DNA of 64,000 nt. Source: Acidobacteriota bacterium (GTDB lineage: Bacteria; Acidobacteriota; UBA890; WLXD01). Numbering within the stretch: position 1 is the first letter of the stretch; every line of letters starts with the position of its first letter. The position numbers were made by a program, and so were the translations under genes. The stretch spans positions 544,001 to 608,000 of the forward strand of contig CAXWPL010000001.1 of NCBI GenBank assembly GCA_963666215.2, written 5' to 3'. The notes below the pieces were generated by a model. The model saw only the letters and a program-made list of their open reading frames with translations. It made no database searches and was not told the DNA's origin. Below, one piece after another: positions 9,365 through 19,047 of this stretch.

Positions 9365-11155
9365 CTACTCGACCGAGAAGCTCGACATCATCCCGGCGTG
9401 CAGATGCTCCGCAATATGACAGTGGAGCATCCATTCTCCCGGGTTGTCGATATCGACGAGGATGTCGATCGTCGAGGCCACCGGCACGATCGCCGTGTCC
9501 TTCCAGACGAGGTTCGGGTTGCGGACGCCGTCCATCTCGAGCACCAGGTAGCGCTGCCCGTGAACGTGGATCGGATGGTTCATCGGATGGATCGTGGTGG
9601 GGTCGTTGAAGATGCGGATCTTGACGACATCGCCCGCCTCGAACTTCCAGCCGATGTCCATGTTCTCGCGACCCGTATCGGGATCTCGCAGGATCCAGCT
9701 GACCTGCTTGCCCGTCGATAGCCAGTTCATCATCGGCATCGTGTCGTTCCATTCCATGGGCGGAACGTAGAGGCCTTTTTCGAATTCCAACGAGAGAATG
9801 ATCGGCAGCGGCAGATTCTGCACCCTCAGCGACAGCTCCAGGCGATGGTCGGGCTCGCGATCGAAGTACTGGCGGTAGGCATCGATGTCGCTGACGACGT
9901 CGCCGTTTTCACGCAGTTCTCGATAGGAAGAGCCGAGGTCCGGAACGGCGGCGGTTGAGCCAACAGTCACGGTCCCCAGCCGATCGACGTGTGGGTAGAA
10001 CTCGCCGCGGAAGTGGTTGATGGCCTGAATCGTGTTGCTGATCTCGAACTCGCCGGGTTCCTCGAAACGGACGTCGACGATGTAGCGCTCTGCCGGCGCG
10101 ATGACCACGCTCTCGATCCACTCCTCGCGCTCGAACTTGCTGACGTCGGAAGCAACGAGCTTCACCGGGTTGCCACCGAAGGTCACATTGAACGTGCGTG
10201 AGTTGGCGACGTTGGTCAGGTAAAACCGCACGACTTCGCCGCGACTTACCTCGAGCTCGTATTCAGTGGTCCCATTGACCAGCATGACGTTGCCGAAGCG
10301 GCCCATCAGCGTGTGGCTCGGAGCGTCGTCGCCAAACGGAATCAGGCCGCGGTCGTCCATCAGCACATCGTCGAGAATGACCACTGCCTCGCGATGCGCC
10401 GGACCGTAGAAATCGGGATCGGGCGAGGCAACGAGCAGGTTGCCGTAGAGCCCGAGGTCCTGCTGGATGTCCTCGCGCACGTGCGGGTGGTACCAGTAGA
10501 CACCGGAATCGCGGAAGTGGATCTCGTAGGTGAACGACTCACCCGGACGCACGGGCGCCTGGGTCACGTCGGGCACGCCGTCGAAGCGATTGTCGAGCCG
10601 GATGCCGTGCCAGTGAACCGTTGTCGGCATCTCGATCTCGTTGATGAAGTCGACGAACACCGTGGCGCCCTGCGGCGCCTTGATCAGCGGCCCGGGGTAC
10701 TGGCCGTTGTAACCGAACATCACGAGCTCGTGGCCGTTGATGGTGCGCCGAACGAACGAGGCTCGGAGCTCCACCCGCTCTCCGTCGGAGGCGTCGATGA
10801 TCTGGTTGGGCACCGCCTCGGGGAACATCTTCGGGTCCATGCCGCTGCCGGCGAGCCATGGCTCCACCGGAGGCACCTCGCCCTCGAGCCCCGGCATCAT
10901 CGGCATGTTCATATCCATGGGCGGCATGCGCCACGCCAGCGCGCCGTCGGCAGCCGGGCCCATGTGCATCGTGTGATCCATCTGCTGCGGCTGCGGCTCC
11001 TGCCCGGCCGGCGGCTTTTGCTGGGCCAGCACTCCCGAGGCAACGAGACCGCCGAAAACGGCTGCGGCTCCCAGCACGAGCGTGGTAGCTCGAAGACCGC
11101 GAGCGTGCGGCGCACTGCCCACACCGGATGCATCTCGGGATTGACGGATCATCAT
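9365..11155 (-). CDS. Three-domain multicopper oxidase, exported, with a Met/His-rich N-terminal segment
   Basis: All four copper motifs are present: HWHG, WYHPH, HPIHVHG and HCHIAEHLHAGM (axial Met). Hydrophobic signal ending VLAQ. Start chosen at ATG 11155. Confidence 0.93.
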   Translation of the reverse strand: MMIRQSRDASGVGSAPHARGLRATTLVLGAAAVFGGLVASGVLAQQKPPAGQEPQPQQMDHTMHMGPAADGALAWRMPPMDMNMPMMPGLEGEVPPVEPWLAGSGMDPKMFPEAVPNQIIDASDGERVELRASFVRRTINGHELVMFGYNGQYPGPLIKAPQGATVFVDFINEIEMPTTVHWHGIRLDNRFDGVPDVTQAPVRPGESFTYEIHFRDSGVYWYHPHVREDIQQDLGLYGNLLVASPDPDFYGPAHREAVVILDDVLMDDRGLIPFGDDAPSHTLMGRFGNVMLVNGTTEYELEVSRGEVVRFYLTNVANSRTFNVTFGGNPVKLVASDVSKFEREEWIESVVIAPAERYIVDVRFEEPGEFEISNTIQAINHFRGEFYPHVDRLGTVTVGSTAAVPDLGSSYRELRENGDVVSDIDAYRQYFDREPDHRLELSLRVQNLPLPIILSLEFEKGLYVPPMEWNDTMPMMNWLSTGKQVSWILRDPDTGRENMDIGWKFEAGDVVKIRIFNDPTTIHPMNHPIHVHGQRYLVLEMDGVRNPNLVWKDTAIVPVASTIDILVDIDNPGEWMLHCHIAEHLHAGMMSSFSVE

Positions 11156-11467
11156 GCGTTTGTACCACTCGGCGCCATCGGGCGCAGGGCCGGATGGCAA
11201 CCTATGCCAACTCCTGACGCCATCCCATCTGGCGATGTCGCCCCATCGCCCGCTGGAGCCGGACTTGACCGCGTGAGGGCAGCGCCGGAAATCGCGCGGG
11301 CCCTTCGTGGCCCGTCCGGACGCACTAACAAACAACAGGAGTCAGCCGTGATCAGGCCGCGCAGCTTGTGTCGCCGGCTGCCGCGCAACAACAGGTCGTA
11401 CTTCGTGCCCCCGGCCGCCGAAACGCGCGGACACCGTGGAAGGGGCGGGAACAGCGAGCGCGCGGGC

Positions 11468-12196
11468 TCAGTTGTAGCCGTAGACGGCGCAGGGCTCCTG
11501 CTGGTACGGGCCGTGGCCTGCCATCGTATGCAGGAGTCCACTGCGCGAAAGTCCACGTGCGACGATCGCGCCCGACCATCGATCGCCGATCTCCCCTAGT
11601 GTTTCGAGGCTGATCGCTACGATGTACTTGTTCCAGGTCACGGTGCCCGACGTCCGCATCGAGCCCTCCGACGTTGCGAGCTCATCGCCGGCGCCGAGCA
11701 CACCCAGACGCCGAACCTCCGTCAGATCCGACTTCGCCACCCAGGCCACGAACACGTGCCCTGCGGGAGCGACGGCCTCGCGCAACTCGACGTCGAGCGA
11801 GTAGCGGTACCGACCCTCGGGAGAGATCGATACGCCGAAGGGCGAACGGACGAAGGTCGCGGCCACCGTTCCGCTAGCATCGCGCGCGCCGGTGACACGC
11901 TTGGTCGAAACCAGGTTGATGGCGTAGTACGTAGGGGCAGTGCTCGGCTCGCCGGCGAGCGAGCTCGAACTGCACACGGCGGGCAACGGCACGAACGGCG
12001 CGCCAAGCTCTGCTGTGGAGAGTGCCGGCACGGCGGCCGCGGTCGTCGCCGTCGCAACATCAGCGCCGGCCACCCAAATGGCCCCGCACAGCGCCGTCGC
12101 GCCGAGAGCGCGCGACAACGGTCCGCGGACGAGCTCGCCGATCCTGATCGGCCACCCGGGCCTACGTCCGCTCAGGCTGCGTGCCAGCAGCACCAC
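11468..12196 (-). CDS. Exported hypothetical protein, co-oriented between the LVIVD and MCO genes
   Basis: GTG 2 nt after the upstream stop, signal-like segment, beta-rich body, C-terminal LHTMAGHGP...C. Confidence 0.7.
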   Translation of the reverse strand: MVLLARSLSGRRPGWPIRIGELVRGPLSRALGATALCGAIWVAGADVATATTAAAVPALSTAELGAPFVPLPAVCSSSSLAGEPSTAPTYYAINLVSTKRVTGARDASGTVAATFVRSPFGVSISPEGRYRYSLDVELREAVAPAGHVFVAWVAKSDLTEVRRLGVLGAGDELATSEGSMRTSGTVTWNKYIVAISLETLGEIGDRWSGAIVARGLSRSGLLHTMAGHGPYQQEPCAVYGYN

Positions 12197-12198
12197 CG

Positions 12199-13566
12199 CT
12201 ACTCCCGGCCCTCGTCGTCGGAGGTGAAGTCCCAGTTCTGCGCGCTCGAGATGTCGGGCACGCCCCACTGGTCGCCGCTCCACCCCTGGAAGCCATCCAT
12301 GCGGAAAGCCCAGAATCCGGTGCTCATATCGGAGCCCACGATCAGCCCATCGGCATTGCGCACGTCAACACCGAACAGACCGTTGAACATCGCCGGCTTC
12401 CCGGGCACCGGTCCACCGAGGTAGGTGTCGTAGTACGCCACGGTCGCGGGGTTCTTCGGATCCATCAGTGTGAAGATCTGCAAGCCGTCGTGGTAGCCGG
12501 AAACGAACACATACGGCCAGCGCACCTCGTGGTTGTGAACGAGATTGCGCCAGTCGGCCGTCCAGGCGCTGATGGGCCGCCGGATGTTGGAGGTTTCACC
12601 GTCCAGCGCCGGCTTCAGGTCGAAGATGCGCAGTGGCGCGTACTGGTACTCGGTTTCGGCGATGACGTAGCGCCCGTCGGGGCTCGGCGTGAACGTGTGC
12701 CCATAGCGCACGCCGCTGATGTTGCTCAGCGTGATCTCGAGCTGCGGGTTCTCCAGGTCGGTGACGTTGTAGACGTAGTAGCCGTCGGTACCTCCGCCGT
12801 AGAAGCGATCCTGCTGCGTGTCCTCATGCCAGCCCACGTACATATCGTGGTAGCCGCGCCGCCCGCTGGTCGCCTCGGCCGCGCCCACCGGCACGCGCGC
12901 CACCAACGCGTCGTCCATATGGCCTTCGACCACGTGGGCCATGTCGTAGACGTGCGAGTAGGGCCCACTGACGGTAGTGAACAGCAGCGGCCGGCCGTTC
13001 GAGTGGCGGTACATGAAGATGTTGTGGAAGCCGCCCGGATGGTCCGGGGCATGGATCCTGGCGACCTCACGAACTGTGGAGACGTCCGGCAATCCCGTGA
13101 CGTCGAGCACCACGGCACCCATGTCGCCATCGGGGCCACCCTGGCCGAACTGCGTCGACTGCACGACGTAGTAGCGGCCGTCCCACTTGAAGTACTTCAC
13201 GTCCATGCCGCCGAGCGGCAGGTGTAGATCCTGGTCGTTGATGCGCCACTCGTAGATGACCTTCGGGTTGCGCGGATCGTGCAGATCGATGATGTCCATG
13301 CCCTTCTCGCCCGCGAATCCGTACACCATGCGGCCGACGTAGGCGTAGGGGCGATCCATCTCCTGCTCGAGCTCGATATCCGAGACGTTGAGGATCGGGC
13401 CCAGCGGCAGGTGCGCGAGCACCTCGATGTTGTCGCTGCCCGGCTTGTCGGGCGTCCACTGCTGGGCTGCCGCCGAAGCAGACAGCGCCACAACCACGAG
13501 AATCGCCAACATCGGAACGCCAGCGTGGTCCCAGGCTCGGCGGGAACCCAACAACAACGACATCAC
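12199..13566 (-). CDS. Secreted LVIVD-repeat beta-propeller protein
   Basis: Signal peptide (ASAAAQ). Repeated blades MDIIDLHDPRNP, VLDVTG, YNVTDLENP, LRIFDL, LQIFTLMDPKNP. Confidence 0.85.
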   Translation of the reverse strand: MMSLLLGSRRAWDHAGVPMLAILVVVALSASAAAQQWTPDKPGSDNIEVLAHLPLGPILNVSDIELEQEMDRPYAYVGRMVYGFAGEKGMDIIDLHDPRNPKVIYEWRINDQDLHLPLGGMDVKYFKWDGRYYVVQSTQFGQGGPDGDMGAVVLDVTGLPDVSTVREVARIHAPDHPGGFHNIFMYRHSNGRPLLFTTVSGPYSHVYDMAHVVEGHMDDALVARVPVGAAEATSGRRGYHDMYVGWHEDTQQDRFYGGGTDGYYVYNVTDLENPQLEITLSNISGVRYGHTFTPSPDGRYVIAETEYQYAPLRIFDLKPALDGETSNIRRPISAWTADWRNLVHNHEVRWPYVFVSGYHDGLQIFTLMDPKNPATVAYYDTYLGGPVPGKPAMFNGLFGVDVRNADGLIVGSDMSTGFWAFRMDGFQGWSGDQWGVPDISSAQNWDFTSDDEGRE

Positions 13567-13691
13567 TTCACCTCGACGGATCGGAGAGGGTGGGGCGCGG
13601 AATGGTGCTCACAGCGTCAGCGCACGATGCGCCCTATGGTACGCCTTGCGGGCGGCGCCGCCAGTCAGGCGCGACGCGATAATCTCGCATC

Positions 13692-15125
13692 ATGTCGCGC
13701 TTCGTCCCATTGACCCTCGCCGTCCTGGTCGCTGCCTCCGTCGGCGCGGCGTGCAGCCCGACGGGTACGCGGCAATCGCAGGCCGATCGCACATCGATCG
13801 TGCTGGTCGTGCTCGACACGGTGCGCGCCGATCATCTGGGGCTGTACGGCTACGAGCGCGCCACGACGCCGCGCCTGGAGGAGCTCGCGACCTCGGCGAT
13901 CGTCTATGACCGCGCCTATGCCACGGCCTCCTGGACACTGCCGACGATCGCCAGCATCCTCACCGGGCAAGCTGCCGGCGTGCATGGAGCCGGCTACTCG
14001 GTCGGCGGCGCTGCCCGCCCGACCCGCATGCGCACGAGCGTGCCGACGATCGCCGAGACGCTGAGGGCCTACGGCTACGCCACGGCCGCGGTTGTCAACG
14101 CGCCCTTTCTCGGGCCGATGTTCGGTTTCGACCGCGGCTTCGACGTTTACGACATCGAACGAGCCACCGACGAGTCGATTCGCCGCGCCGGACCGACCGT
14201 GGATGCCGCGCTCGAGTGGCTCGACTCTCTTGCCGCCAGCGACAGCGATGCAACGGAGGCGGATGACGGCGCAACAGCGGCCACATCGGAATCGCGACCC
14301 TTCTTTCTTCTCGTCCACCTCTTCGACGCCCACCGACACTTCGACGCACCACCCCCCTTCCGTGGTCGCTTCACCGATGTGTATCGCGATCGCTACGGCG
14401 AAACGCTCACAACGCTCGAGAGTCGGCTGCAGGCCGAGCGCGACGGCGACCTCGACTTCCACATCGCCGCGTACGACGAAGAGCTGGCGTACATCGACGC
14501 CGAGATCGGCCGGCTCGTCGATGAGCTACGTGAGCGCGACCTCTGGGACACCACAACCGTGGTGCTGACGGCCGACCACGGTGAGCAGCTGGGGGATCAC
14601 GACGAGGTCGGGCACGGAGTCGATGTGTACGACGAGCTCGTGCGCATTCCCCTACTGGTGTGGGCGCCGGGGGTCGAGGGCAGCCGCAGCTCGATACCGG
14701 TGTCTACCCTCGACATCGTGCCGACACTCCTCGATGCTGCGACGGTCGACTACCGGCCGCGGCTCCCGGGACAATCGTTGCTGCGCGGGCCACCGCCCTC
14801 GCCGACGAACGCTCCCTCAGACGAAGCCCGGCGAACGCTGCTGATCGAGAACCCGACTCCCGAGGGCGTGGCGCGGGCGCTGATCGAGTGGCCCCACAAG
14901 CTGATTGTCGACACGCAACGCGTTGCCGAGCTCTATGACCTGGCTCGTGATCCTGGGGAAACCAACGATCTCTTGGCCAACGAGCCTGGACGCGACGTCC
15001 GCCAGATCGCACGCCGGCTCCGGCAGTTGCTCGCCGCTGCCTCCCGGGGCGGCACGCGAGGCAACGCGGCGGCACTCGACGGACAAACGCTGGATGACCT
15101 GCGCGCCCTCGGCTATATCCAGTGA
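13692..15125 (+). CDS. Sulfatase-like (alkaline phosphatase superfamily) lipoprotein
   Basis: Lipobox-like GAAC, LDTVRADH, SWTLPT, HLFDAH, YDEE, TADHGE, ELYDLARDPGE and C-terminal LRALGYIQ. Confidence 0.88.
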   Translation: MSRFVPLTLAVLVAASVGAACSPTGTRQSQADRTSIVLVVLDTVRADHLGLYGYERATTPRLEELATSAIVYDRAYATASWTLPTIASILTGQAAGVHGAGYSVGGAARPTRMRTSVPTIAETLRAYGYATAAVVNAPFLGPMFGFDRGFDVYDIERATDESIRRAGPTVDAALEWLDSLAASDSDATEADDGATAATSESRPFFLLVHLFDAHRHFDAPPPFRGRFTDVYRDRYGETLTTLESRLQAERDGDLDFHIAAYDEELAYIDAEIGRLVDELRERDLWDTTTVVLTADHGEQLGDHDEVGHGVDVYDELVRIPLLVWAPGVEGSRSSIPVSTLDIVPTLLDAATVDYRPRLPGQSLLRGPPPSPTNAPSDEARRTLLIENPTPEGVARALIEWPHKLIVDTQRVAELYDLARDPGETNDLLANEPGRDVRQIARRLRQLLAAASRGGTRGNAAALDGQTLDDLRALGYIQ

Positions 15126-15212
15126 GGGGTTGCGTGCATGCGTCGAGGTTTCGCGGCCAGCTGACGACGGGCACCCGATGGACACAGAATCGAAGACCAA
15201 CGGCTAGGCTTC

Positions 15213-15635
15213 ATGACAACCAAGACGCCAAGTGACGACCCCAGGCCGCGCTGCATGAAAGACACCCTCTACAGCTACGACGCCTACGGCCTCCGCTTCG
15301 AAATGCCATTCGAGTGCCCCGAGCTCGCGCCGGCGGTCGGCGAGCGCGCTCCCGACGTCGTCGTACGGTACGGCGAAGTCCCCGAGAAGATCGAGTCGGA
15401 GCAGGCCGGAGCCGTCTATGAGGCCAGCTCGACGCAGTTCCTCCTGCGCATCGACCAGGTGGCGCACTATCTCGTTGACGGCGCCAGCTCGATCACGATC
15501 GCGCCTCACCCGGGCGTCGATGACCTCAGCGTCCGCGTGTACCTTCTCGGATCGTGCTTGGCGGCGTTGCTGCACCATCGGGGCGTCCTGGCGCTGCACG
15601 CCAGTGCCATCCTCACCGACAAGGGCGCCGTGCTC
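15213..15635 (+). pseudogene. 5' fragment of an HPr-kinase-related protein, cut just before the Walker A motif
   Basis: YDAYGL..., LLGSCLAALLHHRGVLALHASAI...KGAVL, then an abrupt switch of frame and family. Confidence 0.75.
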
Positions 15636-15636
15636 C

Positions 15637-16524
15637 CTGCGCAAGCTGCTCGAGCTGGGCGGCGACCCGGACGGGCCCACGCCGTTCGCCAACCAGCCAC
15701 TTCACCAGGCAGTGTGGCGTGGGCGCAGCCGGCGGTTCTTCGACCTGCTGTTCGAGTTCGGCGCCGACGTCAACATGCCCAACAAGGAGGGCCGCACCGC
15801 CTACGCGATGGCGGCGCGAGTTGGCCGACAGGAGATCATGCGGCGACTGGTCGAAGCTGGCGCCGACACGACGATGGCACCGGCCGACGCGGTGCTTGCG
15901 GCGTGCGCCGCCGGCGACGCCGCCGCAGCGCGAGAACTGCTGTTGCCCGATCTGCTGTCGTCGGCAGACCGGGCGCAGATCTGCGAAGTCGCCGACGCCG
16001 GCAACACCGCGTGCGTCGGCGCCATGCTCGAGCTCGGCTGGGACGTCAATACGCGTGGCCGCGCATGGAAGGAAACGCCGCTACACCGCGCCGCCATCGA
16101 GGGGCCTCTCGAGACCGTTCAGTTGCTGCTCGACCACGGCGCCGACCTGACCATCCGCGACGCCTGCTACCACAGCTCGCCCGTGGGCTGGGCTCGGCAC
16201 GGAGGCCATCACGAGGTCGTCGCGGTGCTCCGAGACGATCCCGACCGCCTCGACCTGCTCGATGCGATCGATCTGGGCTGCACCGATCGGGCTCTCGCCT
16301 TGCTCGCCGAACACAGCGAGGTCGCCGCCGTCAACACCGCCGTTGCCGGCGGCGAACCCGGAATACTACTGCGCGCCGCCGCGCAAGCCGGCGACACTCG
16401 CCTGATCGCAACGCTGCTCGAACGTGGCGCGGACGCCGCCATCCGCAACTCAGAGGGGAAGTCGGCCATCGACATCGCGCGTCAGCAGGGACACAATGCG
16501 GTCGTCGACCTACTCGGCGGCTAG
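15637..16524 (+). pseudogene. 3' part of an ankyrin-repeat protein; 5' end is missing
   Basis: Ankyrin repeats: PLHQAV..GADVN, GRTAYAMA..GAD, TPLHRAA..LLLDHGAD, LLERGADAAIRNSEGKSA. Confidence 0.8.
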
Positions 16525-18601
16525 GACGCCGCTCCGCCGTCGGTTCCCGCAACGGTCTCCGGCGCCGCTTTCCCGGTCCCGGGAAACAGCCCCGGGGTGC
16601 AACCGGACGTGGCCGACGAGGGCCCCCGAACATGCCCCGCTTGTACGCCGTGATATGCCCAGAGAAGGCCGACGCGGCAACCGTCAGGGGCGAAGCCAGG
16701 TAGAGCAGCCCCGGTCCGGAGCGCCCCTTGTAGTTGCGGTTGATCGCACTCACGGTGACCTGCTTTTCGTTTTCGGACACGCCTGGACCGCAGCCGATGC
16801 AGGCCCCGCAACCGGGCTGAATCAACCGTACACCGGCGCGTTCGAAGGTCTCCACATAGCCGCGCTCGCGGGCGTACCGCTCCACGGTCTGGGAGCCGTA
16901 CTGAATCAGGAACGACACTCCGTCGGCGACCCTCAACCCGGCAGTCACTGCCTCGCTCACCACCTGATGGTAGAAGTCGAGATCGTGCTCTTTGCCGGCG
17001 GTGCAGCTGCCACCGTAGGCGATATCGATCGACACCTCGCCAATCTCGGAGACCAGCGCGCCGTTGGTCGGATCGGATGGGATCCCGTGATCCGGATCGC
17101 CCGGATGCGCAACCATGGGCACCATCGTCGACAGGTCGATCACATGGAACCCGCCGGCGTATGAGGCATCGATGTCGGGCGCGATGCGGCGACGTCGCAT
17201 CCTGTCGACATCGACATGCTGGCGATGTTCAGCGATCCACTTGAACGTGGCCTCATCGGCCTCGATGCACGCGCCGCGTGCCGAGCATTCGGTAGCCATG
17301 TTGGCCAGCGTCGCTCGCTCATCCATCGACAGGCTCGTCAGTCCGGGACCGCCGAATTCCATCACCCGATTCAGCGTGAGCTGCGGGCGGGCGTAGTGCA
17401 GCAGGATGTGCAGCATCACGTCCTTGGCGGTGACGTTGTCGTGCAGCCGTCCGACCAACTCGAAGCGGATCGCCTCTGGAACCTCGACGGGGGTGAAGCC
17501 GCTGTAGAGCAAGTTCGCGTATTGGGTGGCGCCCACTCCCCAGGCGAGGGCGTTGTTGCACCCGCCCATGCAGGTGTGGCTGTCGGTGGCCTGGATGAAA
17601 TCGCCTGGGCTCACCATGCGTTCGCGCGCCACCTCGTGGCAGATACCTGGCGAGGCGCCATCCTCGGCGAGATAGTCATCGACGCCAGCGTGTTGCTGAA
17701 AATCTCGCTGCAGGTCGCGCATCGTGCCGACTTCAGACATGTACGGTTGCAGCTTCACGACCTCATCGGCGTACACCAGATGGTCCTCAAACGCCGCGAA
17801 CCGCTCGGGCGCCGCGATTCGATAGTTGTCGCCGTACTCCTGCTGCAGAAAGTGGTGCACCTGCGCGGACGTGAAGTCGTGCGAGTAGCCACCGTCGACC
17901 TTGACGAGCACAGCGTCGCCCGGCTTGACGTAGCTCGCCACCTGGCCGAACAGATGACGCGAGAGGATCTTCTCGGTCATGTTCATCGGCCGCTCTTCGG
18001 TCCCATGATTGGGCGCGCCCACCTCGTTGGCCGCGAGCGCCTTGGCGAACGGAAACAGGCCGCCGTGCTCGACGATCAGCCGCGACATCGGATCGAGCCC
18101 CTCGCAGAAGCGCTCGAGCGGCACCGCCTCCTCGCGCTGCAGTGCCCTGAGGACCTCGTGGTCGGCCATCAGGACGCCCAGATTGATGTTGTTGCGAGCG
18201 TGAATGGGTGCGAACGAAGCCGCGATCGCGATCTTGATGCCGGAGTATTTCTCGGCCTGCACGGCCGTCTCACGCGAGCTGCCGACCCCTTTGCGATAAC
18301 CCGACACAATGATGTCGAAGCCACCGTTGATCAGCGCGTCGCGCTCGAAAATACGCTTGCCGTCGACAATCACGCCCGCGTACGCCTCGCGCGCGATGTC
18401 TTCCGGGCGATGGTTGAAGCACACCCACGCCGGGGTCATGGCGTCGGTGTTGACGTCGTCGAGTAGGTCCTCGATCTCGACATCGCGGCCGTAGATCAGA
18501 TCGAGCTGTCCGGCGAGCTGCCGCCGCAGCAGGTCTGGATCCTTCGTGAGGTAGAGGACACGCCGGCCGGGCGCGAGCTCAATCATCTTGAGAGGTCTCA
18601 T
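16331..18601 (-). CDS. Aconitase-family dehydratase with an N-terminal swivel (LeuD-like) domain fused to a LeuC-like domain; 3' end is uncertain (homology ends near 16620)
   Basis: Swivel motifs DDVNTD and GSSRETA..SFAPIHARN, then DH, GICH, ATDSHT, GGSCT, PGCGACIG, SAINRNY and YLASP. Confidence 0.85.
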   Translation of the reverse strand: MRPLKMIELAPGRRVLYLTKDPDLLRRQLAGQLDLIYGRDVEIEDLLDDVNTDAMTPAWVCFNHRPEDIAREAYAGVIVDGKRIFERDALINGGFDIIVSGYRKGVGSSRETAVQAEKYSGIKIAIAASFAPIHARNNINLGVLMADHEVLRALQREEAVPLERFCEGLDPMSRLIVEHGGLFPFAKALAANEVGAPNHGTEERPMNMTEKILSRHLFGQVASYVKPGDAVLVKVDGGYSHDFTSAQVHHFLQQEYGDNYRIAAPERFAAFEDHLVYADEVVKLQPYMSEVGTMRDLQRDFQQHAGVDDYLAEDGASPGICHEVARERMVSPGDFIQATDSHTCMGGCNNALAWGVGATQYANLLYSGFTPVEVPEAIRFELVGRLHDNVTAKDVMLHILLHYARPQLTLNRVMEFGGPGLTSLSMDERATLANMATECSARGACIEADEATFKWIAEHRQHVDVDRMRRRRIAPDIDASYAGGFHVIDLSTMVPMVAHPGDPDHGIPSDPTNGALVSEIGEVSIDIAYGGSCTAGKEHDLDFYHQVVSEAVTAGLRVADGVSFLIQYGSQTVERYARERGYVETFERAGVRLIQPGCGACIGCGPGVSENEKQVTVSAINRNYKGRSGPGLLYLASPLTVAASAFSGHITAYKRGMFGGPRRPRPVAPRGCFPGPGKRRRRPLREPTAERRPSRRVGRRPHCVPADARCRWPTSPLSCGWRRPRHVRAALRSGECRRLARRRAVVFRVRRRQRRC

Positions 18602-18743
18602 CGAGCCCCATTGTGCCACCACGCGCGGTTGTCATTGAGCCACCACTCGGCTCGACGCGGCGTTGATCGTGAGCGCAACGCGGCGCGAAGCCGCTGTCGT
18701 ACAGTAGGTCGTCCTGCACACACCTCTCATAGGGAAAATGAAC

Positions 18744-19022
18744 ATGAGCCGAGCCCGAGCACGCCACATTCTGGTTGCCAACGAGCAAGCCTGCCTCGAC
18801 CTCAAGCAGCAAATCATCGACGGCGCGGCCTTCGGCGATATTGCCAAGTCGCACTCAACGTGCCCCTCATCGAAGCAAGGCGGCGACCTGGGCGAGTTCG
18901 GACCTGGCCAGATGGTGCCGGAGTTCGACACCGTTGTGTTCAGCGAGGCTGTTGGCGAGACGCACGGCCCCGTGAGGACGCAGTTCGGCTATCACCTGAT
19001 TCAGATCACCGAGCGCAGCTAG
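18744..19022 (+). CDS. ppiC: Parvulin-type peptidyl-prolyl isomerase PpiC
   Basis: [28 protein letters not shown] and [12 protein letters not shown]; about 92 aa. Confidence 0.95.
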   Translation: MSRARARHILVANEQACLDLKQQIIDGAAFGDIAKSHSTCPSSKQGGDLGEFGPGQMVPEFDTVVFSEAVGETHGPVRTQFGYHLIQITERS

Positions 19023-19047
19023 TCGCGCTGAAATCAGACCCCCGGAC

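Noticed and set aside
15213-16703. 496-aa ORF as a novel kinase fusion
   Set aside because: After residue ~141 it is an Arg-rich off-frame reading of the ankyrin gene.
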